Positions 39,473 to 48,124 of a stretch of 64,000 nt of DNA are shown here, one piece after another (within the stretch, counting starts at the first letter, position 1; every line of letters begins with the position of its first letter). Origin of the DNA: Vulcanimicrobiales bacterium (GTDB lineage Bacteria; Vulcanimicrobiota; Vulcanimicrobiia; Vulcanimicrobiales; Vulcanimicrobiaceae). The stretch is from positions 51,922 to 115,921 of the forward strand of contig JBBRLI010000011.1 in assembly GCA_038231455.1 (NCBI GenBank), read 5' to 3'. The notes beneath the pieces are model-generated. The model saw only the letters and a list, made by a program, of their open reading frames with translations. It had not been told where the DNA came from and made no database searches. The position numbers and the translations under genes were made by a program.

Positions 39473-40324
39473 ATGGACGTACGGATGGTAGCCGCTTTAA
39501 TCGCCACGATGGCGCCGGGCATCGCGACAGCGCAAGAAAATCCGGACGTTGCGCCCCAACCAGGCCCAATTGCAATTTATACGCGTATGACGCTAGCCAT
39601 GCGCGCAGAAGCGATCCCTCCGCCGCTCTCGTATCGAGAAGTTTTCGAGCCAAGCGGGTTGACACTCACGGTTACCAAGCAGTCGCGCGCGGCCCGTCGA
39701 ATCGCGTTGCTCTTTTCCCCGCAGGCACGCTCCACGGCGCTTGCAATTACCGAGGCGAACGGCACCGAGGGCATAACGATTCGGGATGAAACGACGAACG
39801 AATCCTACACCGGAAACTCCCTCTTCACGTCGGTCACCTGGGCGGGCATTCGTCAAGCTCCGGGCGTCACGACGGCAGGCAAGGTACCCGTCCCCCAAGC
39901 CACGGGCGATGCGGGCGGATCGGCTGGACTCTTCGATCGAGCAGGCAGCACCCTGCGCTCCGATGTTATTGCGATCAGCGATAAATCGTATCGAATCGCG
40001 TTCGTAGCAAGTGAAGCGATCGATGATGCACCCGTGTATCATCTGCGCCTTACGCCGCGTTCCGATCCGGCAAGACATACGATCCGAGACTTGTATGTCG
40101 ATACGACAACGTATTTGGTACGCCGGGTCACAACCGAATTCAAAGACGAAGCGTATGTCAGCGGCTATTCGGGCCGACTCGCACTCGATTTCAGCCGAAT
40201 CTCCGGATACTGGCTCGTCTCGGGCGGCACGCTTGCGAGTAAGGCGCACATCTTCTTACAACAGTTTCACGGCGAGGCGAGATTCTCGGTCCGCGACGTT
40301 GCGCTTGTCTCCGGAGAACGCTAA
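39473..40324 (+). CDS. Hypothetical exported protein (possible LolA/RseB-like beta fold)
   Basis: Signal-like N-terminus; YHLRLTP..DLYVDTTTYLVRRV pattern. Confidence 0.6.
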   Translation: MDVRMVAALIATMAPGIATAQENPDVAPQPGPIAIYTRMTLAMRAEAIPPPLSYREVFEPSGLTLTVTKQSRAARRIALLFSPQARSTALAITEANGTEGITIRDETTNESYTGNSLFTSVTWAGIRQAPGVTTAGKVPVPQATGDAGGSAGLFDRAGSTLRSDVIAISDKSYRIAFVASEAIDDAPVYHLRLTPRSDPARHTIRDLYVDTTTYLVRRVTTEFKDEAYVSGYSGRLALDFSRISGYWLVSGGTLASKAHIFLQQFHGEARFSVRDVALVSGER

Positions 40325-40371
40325 GGGTCGGTCGCGAAACCTTTTGCGTATCGCGCGGAATCTGAGCCAGC

Positions 40372-40968
40372 ATGCCGTTCTTCAAGCAAAAAGATGCCTC
40401 GATTCCGCCCGGGCAATCGCTGACCACCGGCTTTCCGGTACTCCACGTCGGCGACGTTCCGGCGTTCGATCCGGGGGCCTGGCGATTGAAATTTTCCGGC
40501 ATGGTCGCAAGTCCGTTCGAGCTGAGTTTCGATGAACTACGCGCGTTGCCCTCAACCGAGTGGCGCGGCGACATTCACTGCGTGACGCGCTGGTCCAAGA
40601 AAGACACGATCTGGCGCGGCGTCTCGTTTAAGTCGCTTGTCGAACGCGCGCAGCCGCATCCGGGCGTGACGCACGTGATCCAACACGCGGAGAATGCATA
40701 CACGACGAATCTTCCGATTACGGACATGCTCGGGGACGACGTTCTCGTCGCGTATGAATTCGACGGAGCCGCGCTCGAACCGATCCACGGCGGGCCGGTG
40801 CGCATGCTCGTTCCGAAGAAATACTTTTGGAAGAGCGCAAAGTGGGTGCACGGTTTTGAATTCCTCGATCACGACGTCAAGGGCTTCTGGGAAGTCCGCG
40901 GTTACAACAACGAAGCCGATCCTTGGAAAGAACAACGCTACAGCGATTTGCCGAGCTGGTTCGGATAA
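40372..40968 (+). CDS. Sulfite oxidase-like molybdopterin oxidoreductase
   Basis: PPGQ, DIHCVTRWS, HGGPVR, YFWKSAKW, GFWE..GY. Confidence 0.93.
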   Translation: MPFFKQKDASIPPGQSLTTGFPVLHVGDVPAFDPGAWRLKFSGMVASPFELSFDELRALPSTEWRGDIHCVTRWSKKDTIWRGVSFKSLVERAQPHPGVTHVIQHAENAYTTNLPITDMLGDDVLVAYEFDGAALEPIHGGPVRMLVPKKYFWKSAKWVHGFEFLDHDVKGFWEVRGYNNEADPWKEQRYSDLPSWFG

Positions 40969-40969
40969 C

Positions 40970-41005
40970 AAAAAAAATGGAGCGACGAATCGCTCCATTT
41001 TTTTT
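40970..41005. terminator. Bidirectional intrinsic terminator
   Basis: A8-TGGAGCGA-CGAA-TCGCTCCA-T8 between convergent genes. Confidence 0.9.
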
Positions 41006-41024
41006 CAGTTACCGACGGGGGACG

Positions 41025-41870
41025 TTAGTCGAAGGCGCCCACGAGTTGGACGAGCTTGCCGTTCTGACCGTCAATCGCGTAGACGTCGAAGTTGATTAAC
41101 GATTGATACGGGAGAAAGTTACTCGTATCGGCTGCGCCGCTCGTGCCGGCGTTCCCAGCTTGCCCTTGCGAGGGTAAGACCGTTGCGGACGAGGTCGTCG
41201 GCGGCGTGTTCGGCGGGGCGACATAAAAACCAACGCCGGTTCCGGACGTTTGCGCCGGAATGATGACGTTCACAGCCGTCCCCTGACCCGTCGCACCACC
41301 GGTTGCCGGCGCAAATGTCGCCGTACCGGCTGAGGTATAATTCGAGCCCGGCGGCGTGAACGTGCCGAACGTCACCGTTGCCGCGCCTGCGGCAGCAGCG
41401 GCCGGAGATGCGTGATGGGCCGTTACGCTGGCTTGGCCAGCGGGCGTCGTGAACGGGATTTCTTGGAAGAACTGGCACTGCGAGCCCGTGGGCGTGCCGC
41501 CACCATTTGCGACCTTACCGGCGATCACGACCGTGTAGCGCTGATTGTTGCGAAGTTGCGGCAAATTACACGAGACAACGGTGTTCGTCGCGCCGGCACC
41601 CGTCGCGACGATCGAAAGCGAAACGGTCGGTTCGTTCTGGAAGGTCGTAAACTGACCGTACGCCAGGCCCGTACCCGTTGCAAACGTGCCGCCGGTGTTG
41701 GTTCCAAGATGGATGTCGAGCGAACCGGCATCGGGCGAACCGTTGAGAAAACGCAGCTGCGCGGTTTCGCTAAGCGCGGTCGACGTACCGGAACTTCCGC
41801 CGCCGCAAGCGGCGAGGGAGGCGAGTGATGCGAGCGACAATATCGCAATCGCGGTGCGAGTATTCTTCAT
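41025..41870 (-). CDS. DUF4397-like lipoprotein
   Basis: Lipobox LAAC; LRFLNGSPDAGSLD and HHASP repeats. Confidence 0.8.
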   Translation of the reverse strand: MKNTRTAIAILSLASLASLAACGGGSSGTSTALSETAQLRFLNGSPDAGSLDIHLGTNTGGTFATGTGLAYGQFTTFQNEPTVSLSIVATGAGATNTVVSCNLPQLRNNQRYTVVIAGKVANGGGTPTGSQCQFFQEIPFTTPAGQASVTAHHASPAAAAAGAATVTFGTFTPPGSNYTSAGTATFAPATGGATGQGTAVNVIIPAQTSGTGVGFYVAPPNTPPTTSSATVLPSQGQAGNAGTSGAADTSNFLPYQSLINFDVYAIDGQNGKLVQLVGAFD

Positions 41871-41926
41871 GTGCGTGTCCTTTTGCTGGTATCAGAGTCG
41901 AAGAGATGACCGCACGAAGAATACCC

Positions 41927-41958
41927 AACGGCCGCCGGTTATCACACCGGCGGCCGTT
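41927..41958. other. Perfect 13-bp hairpin between the tandem lipoprotein genes
   Basis: AACGGCCGCCGGT-TATCAC-ACCGGCGGCCGTT. Confidence 0.7.
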
Positions 41959-42032
41959 CTTTAACAATCGAATCATCGTAAGCTCGCTTGCTCACAATTG
42001 CATTGCGTGCGCGCGCACGCTCGGCTTTCCGA

Positions 42033-42872
42033 TCAGTCGAAACGAGCGACGAGTTGCAATGCTGAGGTCGCGCTCTTCGAGTCGATCGCGAAGATCGAGA
42101 GATGGTAATCACCGGGGAACGGAAAGAGACTTCCCGTATTCGCCGGGTCGATCGCCGAGGGTTCCAATTTAAATGCCGGTGCCACGGTGCTCGAAGCCGT
42201 CTGACCGTTTGCGACCACGTAGAATCCAATGCCGGGCGCCGTCGCAGCAGCTGCCGGGACGAGCGACGGAGCGGGTTGCGGTACCGGCGCCGTGCCGCCG
42301 GCAAACGTAACGGTTGAACTTACGGAATAGTTCGTCGCAGCGGGGCTGTAGGTTCCCCAATCGATCTTCGATGCGAAGCTCGGAGCGCTGTGATGGAAAT
42401 TCACGACGCCCTGCAGCGTCGTATTCGTGTAGGTCGGCTCGGAGAAGAGCTGCATCTGCAGGTTACTCTTTGCGGCAGTACCGGCGAGGACGACCGTGAT
42501 CTGTTTATTCGCGCCCGATAGAACGGGGGTCGTCACCGCAGGGACGATCGGCGTCGACGTGCCGGTGGTGTCGAATTCAATCTTGTGCGGGACGCCGCCC
42601 GAAATCAAATAGTACGGCGTCACCGCACTAAAAGGGAGCTGCGAGATGAGCAGAACGCCGTCCACATAGACGTCGAAGGTGCCCGGGGAAGTCGTGCTTC
42701 CAACGACGTCAGGTGAGCCGGCGACGAATCGCACGACCGCGGTTCCCGTCGCGTTCGGATTCGGCGTTGAGGGCGCCGTTGCGCCGGGCGTGATCGTTGA
42801 TCCGCCGCATGCCGCGAGTGAAACGGCGACGACGCCGATAAAGCCGAGTAACGTTGTACGAATGACCTGCAT
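42033..42872 (-). CDS. DUF4397-like lipoprotein (paralog)
   Basis: Lipobox LAAC; VRFVAGSPD..DVYVDG; FHHSAP; C-terminus LQLVARFD resembles VQLVGAFD of the neighbour. Confidence 0.8.
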   Translation of the reverse strand: MQVIRTTLLGFIGVVAVSLAACGGSTITPGATAPSTPNPNATGTAVVRFVAGSPDVVGSTTSPGTFDVYVDGVLLISQLPFSAVTPYYLISGGVPHKIEFDTTGTSTPIVPAVTTPVLSGANKQITVVLAGTAAKSNLQMQLFSEPTYTNTTLQGVVNFHHSAPSFASKIDWGTYSPAATNYSVSSTVTFAGGTAPVPQPAPSLVPAAAATAPGIGFYVVANGQTASSTVAPAFKLEPSAIDPANTGSLFPFPGDYHLSIFAIDSKSATSALQLVARFD

Positions 42873-42889
42873 GGAGAATTCCCTTCGAA

Positions 42890-43804
42890 CTATCGGAGGC
42901 GGATGCCGCTTTCTTCGCGGGCAATGATGCGTTCGCGCTCGAGCGCGGCGACGGTTGGTTCGAGTTCAACAAGCCGGTCGGCAGGGACGACGGCGGCGAG
43001 ATCCGCGATGAGCGCGGAGACGCTGAGCACGTCGTTCCCCGGTAGATCGCGCAGCCGGTCGATGATACGTCCGCGCAAAAAGCGCGTCGTACGCTCGAAT
43101 GGCAGCGACTCCTGCGGCGACCGGCGCGGGGCATATGCCCGCGCTCGCTCGCCTAAGGTAGCAGCATCGACCGGCGCCGCGGCACACCAGGGCGTCAGCG
43201 GACAAATCAAACACTTGGGTGCGCGCGCGGTACAGATGGTTGCGCCCAAGTCCATCATTGCCGAGTTCCAATCATGGGCAAGTCCGCTTGGAAGCTCCTG
43301 GGCAGCAAGCCCGTCCAGTTCCGCTGGCGTCGCAAGCGGTGGATATTCGAGGCCGAGGTGCGTGCGATGAATGACGCGCCGCAAATTGGTATCCATTGCA
43401 ACATCATCGCTTTCGAAAACGAACGCCCGCACGGCGGCTGCCGTATAGGGGCCAACGCCGGGTAAGGCTCGTAGCGCTTCGCGATCGCTTGGGAGAGCAC
43501 CGCGTTCACCAACGGCGACGGCGAGTGCATGGAGGCGCAGCGCGCGCGAGTTGTAGCCGAGCCCGCGCCACATGCGAACGACATCGCCGCTGGCACTTGC
43601 CGCGAGCGCTTCAAAGGTCGGGAAGCGCTCGAGAAATGCCTCGTAGAGCGGGATGACACGATCGACTTGTGTCTGCTGCAACATGAACTCGCTCACGATG
43701 ACGCGATACGGGTCGCGCGTGGAGCGCCATGGTAACTTCGCGCGCCCGAACGCCGCGTACCACGCGAGGAGCGCCGCTGTGCGCGGCGCGAGGAGCGGTG
43801 CTAT
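42890..43804 (-). CDS. mutY: A/G-specific adenine glycosylase (short MutY)
   Basis: LLAWY..LPWR..DPY..VSEFMLQQTQV, WRGLGYNSRA, LPGVGPYTA, CTARAPKCLICPLTPWC; the N-terminus requires a start upstream of 43696 (ATA at 43804). Confidence 0.9.
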   Translation of the reverse strand: MAPLLAPRTAALLAWYAAFGRAKLPWRSTRDPYRVIVSEFMLQQTQVDRVIPLYEAFLERFPTFEALAASASGDVVRMWRGLGYNSRALRLHALAVAVGERGALPSDREALRALPGVGPYTAAAVRAFVFESDDVAMDTNLRRVIHRTHLGLEYPPLATPAELDGLAAQELPSGLAHDWNSAMMDLGATICTARAPKCLICPLTPWCAAAPVDAATLGERARAYAPRRSPQESLPFERTTRFLRGRIIDRLRDLPGNDVLSVSALIADLAAVVPADRLVELEPTVAALERERIIAREESGIRLR

Positions 43805-45249
43805 GAGAGCGCCGCTCCGATGCGTTTGATGCCCTCGGCGATCAGCGATTTATCAACCGGCGTGAGCGCAAGACGAAAGTTGTGATCGCCGCCCGACGAG
43901 GCGAAGAATGCCTCACCGAAAAGAAACGACGCGCCGTTGCGTTCGCTTGCATCGAGCAATGCGCGCGCGCGAATGTCGCGCGATGCCGTTGCCCAGAGAT
44001 AGTAACCGCCGCCCGCTCGAGCCAGGCGCATGGTACTCGGCCAGTACTGATCGATCGCCGCGAACGCGATCGATCGGCGCTCCGCAAGTTCTGCGCGCAG
44101 TAACTCCACGTGCGCGTCATAGGCCGTGGTCATGTAGTCGCAGACGCTTGCCTGCACGTACATACTGGTCGCCATATCGTAGGACTGTTTGCGAAGGAGG
44201 AGGCGATCGTAAATCGTCCGCGGCGCGACGAGCCAACCGAGGCGCAGCGAGGGCGCAATCGTTTTGCTGAAGCTGCTCAAGTAGATCACGTCCTCGCCGG
44301 AACGTGCGAGGAGCGGCGGCGTCACGACCGGCGCGAGTTCGCCGTACGGATCGTCTTCGACGATCGGCACCCCTGCGCGCCGCGCGAGCGTTACCAACCG
44401 CTCGCGACGGTCGGCGTTCATCGTGACGCCGGTCGGATTGTGCAACGACGGCATCGTGTAGATGAAGCGCGGGCGGCGCGTGCGCAAGATCGCCTCGACG
44501 TGATCGACACGCAGACCGTCGTCGTCGACCGGAACGGGGATCGCGCGCAGGCCATGGATTTGAAAAATCTGCAGCGCTCCCGGATACGTCGGCGCTTCGA
44601 CGATTATTTCATCACCCGGCTCCGCCAGCGACTGCGCGACAAGCGTGATCCCTTGCGTGGAGCCGGTGAGCATCAGGACGTCGCGCGCATCCACCGCGCA
44701 GCCGCGCAGGCGCATCCGCTCCGCGATCGCTTGGCGTAATGGGGCGAATCCCTCACTGTCACCATAGGTGAGGACGAAGTTCACGTTGTTGCCAACCCGC
44801 GCGAACGATGCGGAGAGGTCGGCGAGCGGCGAGGGATCGGCCGGCGGCACGCCTTGCACGAAGGCGATCCGGTCGCCATGGCCGACCGCGGCGAGTTCGC
44901 CGAGAACCGAGGGATATTGCCCGACGCGCCAAGGTGGGAGCGTTACCCACCACGGAACGCCGGCACTGCGCTCGGGCTGACCGACGCGCAGCGGAGCGAC
45001 GCGCGAACCCGAACCGACGCGCTGTTCGATCAGGCCATCGGCGACCAGCTCGCGGTACGCATGGACCACGGTGCTCCGGTTGACATCAAGCCGGACCGCA
45101 AGGCTCCGTTCGGGCGCCAGGCGCGTGCCTTCGGGAAGGGCCCCCGTGAGGATCTGCTCGCGCAGGCGCTCGTAAATTTGCCGGTAGATCGGCACGATAC
45201 TCGCCCGGTCGATTTCGACCGTAGACTCGGCCCATCCATTTCGCGCCAT
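43801..45249 (-). CDS. MocR/GabR family regulator (GntR wHTH + PLP aminotransferase-like domain)
   Basis: PIYRQI..L..R.LA..L.VNRSTV..AY..L; HNPTG, EDDPY, SFSKTIAPSLRLGW. Confidence 0.95.
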   Translation of the reverse strand: MARNGWAESTVEIDRASIVPIYRQIYERLREQILTGALPEGTRLAPERSLAVRLDVNRSTVVHAYRELVADGLIEQRVGSGSRVAPLRVGQPERSAGVPWWVTLPPWRVGQYPSVLGELAAVGHGDRIAFVQGVPPADPSPLADLSASFARVGNNVNFVLTYGDSEGFAPLRQAIAERMRLRGCAVDARDVLMLTGSTQGITLVAQSLAEPGDEIIVEAPTYPGALQIFQIHGLRAIPVPVDDDGLRVDHVEAILRTRRPRFIYTMPSLHNPTGVTMNADRRERLVTLARRAGVPIVEDDPYGELAPVVTPPLLARSGEDVIYLSSFSKTIAPSLRLGWLVAPRTIYDRLLLRKQSYDMATSMYVQASVCDYMTTAYDAHVELLRAELAERRSIAFAAIDQYWPSTMRLARAGGGYYLWATASRDIRARALLDASERNGASFLFGEAFFASSGGDHNFRLALTPVDKSLIAEGIKRIGAALS

Positions 45250-45340
45250 CGCTCACCCATTTCCGATTAGGAGCCACCCATTCCCGCGCTCCCGCGCGAG
45301 TATCTGCAGAATTGGATGGGCGAGAGTTCCAGTTGGACGG
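45232..45340. promoter_or_regulatory. Five 9-bp repeats phased at 21 bp, putative MocR operator
   Basis: CCATCCATT 45232, TCACCCATT 45253, CCACCCATT 45274; inverted ATTGGATGG 45311 and GTTGGACGG 45332. Confidence 0.65.
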
Positions 45341-45431
45341 CGGAGTGCTAACCGGGCACTGCTACACTACTTCGACCCCTCGCGTTTGCCTCCGCAAGGC
45401 ACTACGCAGATCTCGGGAGTTGTTTTCGCAT

Positions 45432-48122
45432 ATGATCGATACGCCGAACCTCGTCGCAAGCGTCCCCGCCGCCGCGCCGCAAGCCGATCCGCAAGAGACG
45501 CAAGAATGGATCGAGGCGCTCGACGGCATTATCGCCGCCGAAGGCAAGGATCGGGCGCGCGACATCATCGCTGCGCTCGCCCAGCGCGCCCGCACGCGCG
45601 GCGTCGAGATTCCGATCGCGCTGACGACTCCGTACGTGAACACGATTCCCGTGCGCGATCAAGCAGCGTTTCCCGGCGATGCGGCAATCGAAGAACGTCT
45701 TCGCCACTACCTTCGCTGGAACGCGATGGCGATGGTCGTTCGCGCGAATAAAGAGTCCAGCGAACTCGGCGGACACGTTGCGACGTTCAGCTCGGCGGCC
45801 ACGCTCGTTGACGTCGGCTTCAATCATTTTTGGCACGCCCCGTCGGCGACGCACGGCGGCGATCTCGTCTACTTCCAAGGCCACTCGGCTCCCGGCGTGT
45901 ACTCGCGTGCGTTCATGGAAGGCCGCATCAGCGAAGAGCAGCTCAATCATTTTCGCCGCGAAGTCGACGGCAAAGGCATCTCGTCCTATCCGCACTCGTG
46001 GCTGATGCCCGAGTTCTGGCAGTTCGCGACGGTCTCGATGGGCCTCGGCCCGCTTCAAGCCGTGTATCAAGCGCGCTACATGAAGTATCTGCACGATCGC
46101 GGGATCGCCGATACGAGCGGCCGCAAAGTCTGGTGTTTCCTCGGCGACGGTGAAGTCGATGAGCCCGAGTCGCTGGCGGGTCTCGCGCTTGCCGCGCGTG
46201 AGAAACTCGATAACTTGATCTTCATCGTCAACTGCAACTTGCAACGCCTCGACGGTCCGGTTCGTGGCAACGGCAAGATCATCCAAGAACTCGAAGGCGA
46301 GTTCCGCGGCGCGGGTTGGAACGTGCTCAAGGTCATCTGGGGCCGGCGCTGGGATGCGCTGCTCGAGAAAGATACGAGCGGCATGCTGGCACGTGTCATG
46401 GGTGAGGCGCTCGACGGCGACTATCAAACGTTCAAATCGCGCGACGGCGCGTACGTGCGCGAACATTTCTTTGGCCGCTATCCCGAGACGCGCAAACTCG
46501 TCGAGGATATGACGGACGAAGACATTTGGGGCCTCAATCGCGGCGGGCACGATCCGTACAAAGTCTACGCAGCATATAAAGCAGCGGCGACGCATGTCGG
46601 CCAGCCGACGGTGATCCTTGCGAAAACGATCAAAGGCTACGGCATGGGTTCGGCCGGCGAAGGCATGAACGTCGCGCACCAGCAGAAGAAAATGATCGTC
46701 GAACAACTGCGTTCGTTCCGCGATCGATTCTCGATCCCGGTCTCCGACACGGATTTGGAATCGGTGCCGTTCATCAAACCGCAAGCCGGTAGCGCGGAGG
46801 AGAAGTATCTGAAAGAACGCGTCGCCGAACTCGGCAGCGTTCCCTCACGCAGGCGTAACGTCGAAGCCCCGCTTGCGATCCCGCAAGTCTCGGCCTTTGG
46901 CGCCCTGCTCGAAGATTCGGGCGAGCGCGAAAACTCGACCACGATGGCGTTCGTACGCGCACTCGGCGTGCTCGTCAAAGATAAGACGCTCGGGCCGCGC
47001 ATCGTTCCGATCGTTGCCGATGAGTCGCGCACGTTCGGCATGGAAGGCATGTTCCGTCAGCTCGGCATCTACTCTCCGGCCGGACAACTCTACCGTCCGC
47101 AAGATGCCGATCAGCTGATGTGGTACCGCGAAGATACGAGCGGCCAGATTCTGCAAGAAGGCATCAACGAGGCAGGCGCCATGTCGTCGTGGATTTCGGC
47201 GGCAACGTCGTACTCGACGCACGGCGTGCAGACGATCCCCTTCTTCATCTTCTACTCGATGTTCGGGTTCCAGCGCATCGGCGATCTCGCATGGGCAGCA
47301 GGCGACATGCGCTCGCGCGGCTTCTTGCTCGGCGCGACCGCGGGACGCACGACGCTCAATGGCGAGGGTCTGCAGCACGAAGACGGCCACAGCCATCTCT
47401 TTGCCGCGAACATCCCAAATTGCGTGCCGTACGATCCAACCTTCGCCTACGAAGTCGCCGTCATCACGCAAGACGGCTTGCGGCGCATGGTCGCCGAGCA
47501 AGAAGATGTGTACTTTTACATCACGCTCATGAACGAGAATTATCATCATCCCGCAATGCCCAAAGGCGCGGAAAAAGATATTCTCAAGGGGCTCTATCTC
47601 TTACGCGACGGCGGCAAAGCCAAAGGCCCGCGCGTGCAGTTGATGGGCTCGGGCACGATTCTGCGCGAAGTAATGGCGGCCGCAGACTTGTTGCGCGAGG
47701 ACTTCGGCGTTACCGCTGATATCTGGAGCGCGACGAGTTTCACGCTTCTGCTTCGCGACGGAAACGATACCGCGCGCTACAACATGTTGCACCCAACCGA
47801 CAAACCGCGAAAGTCATTTGTGGCGCAGTCTCTTGCCGGACACGACGGTCCCGTGATCGCGGCAAGCGATTATGTCAAAGCATTTGCCAACGGCATTCAG
47901 CCCTTCGTCCACCGCCGCTTCCACGCGCTGGGGACCGACGGCTACGGTCGCAGCGACACGCGCGCGCAATTGCGCTCGCACTTTGAGGTCGATCGCCACT
48001 GGGTCGCGTTGAGTGCCCTGCACGCGCTCGTCGAAGAAGGCACGCTCAAACCGAGCGTTGTCGCCGAGGCGATTGCGAAATACGGCATCGATGCAAACAA
48101 ACCGAATCCCGTGACGGCGTAA
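45432..48122 (+). CDS. aceE: Pyruvate dehydrogenase E1, homodimeric type
   Basis: DPQETQEW, RWNAMAMV, TVSMGLGP, GDGEVDEPE TPP motif, NCNLQRLDGPV, EGLQHEDGHS. Confidence 0.97.
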   Translation: MIDTPNLVASVPAAAPQADPQETQEWIEALDGIIAAEGKDRARDIIAALAQRARTRGVEIPIALTTPYVNTIPVRDQAAFPGDAAIEERLRHYLRWNAMAMVVRANKESSELGGHVATFSSAATLVDVGFNHFWHAPSATHGGDLVYFQGHSAPGVYSRAFMEGRISEEQLNHFRREVDGKGISSYPHSWLMPEFWQFATVSMGLGPLQAVYQARYMKYLHDRGIADTSGRKVWCFLGDGEVDEPESLAGLALAAREKLDNLIFIVNCNLQRLDGPVRGNGKIIQELEGEFRGAGWNVLKVIWGRRWDALLEKDTSGMLARVMGEALDGDYQTFKSRDGAYVREHFFGRYPETRKLVEDMTDEDIWGLNRGGHDPYKVYAAYKAAATHVGQPTVILAKTIKGYGMGSAGEGMNVAHQQKKMIVEQLRSFRDRFSIPVSDTDLESVPFIKPQAGSAEEKYLKERVAELGSVPSRRRNVEAPLAIPQVSAFGALLEDSGERENSTTMAFVRALGVLVKDKTLGPRIVPIVADESRTFGMEGMFRQLGIYSPAGQLYRPQDADQLMWYREDTSGQILQEGINEAGAMSSWISAATSYSTHGVQTIPFFIFYSMFGFQRIGDLAWAAGDMRSRGFLLGATAGRTTLNGEGLQHEDGHSHLFAANIPNCVPYDPTFAYEVAVITQDGLRRMVAEQEDVYFYITLMNENYHHPAMPKGAEKDILKGLYLLRDGGKAKGPRVQLMGSGTILREVMAAADLLREDFGVTADIWSATSFTLLLRDGNDTARYNMLHPTDKPRKSFVAQSLAGHDGPVIAASDYVKAFANGIQPFVHRRFHALGTDGYGRSDTRAQLRSHFEVDRHWVALSALHALVEEGTLKPSVVAEAIAKYGIDANKPNPVTA

Positions 48123-48124
48123 TA

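Noticed and set aside
45343-45351. GAGTGCTAA, a perfect right half of a CIRCE element, upstream of aceE
   Set aside because: The left half (TTAGCACTC, 9 nt upstream) is absent and the gene is not a chaperone.
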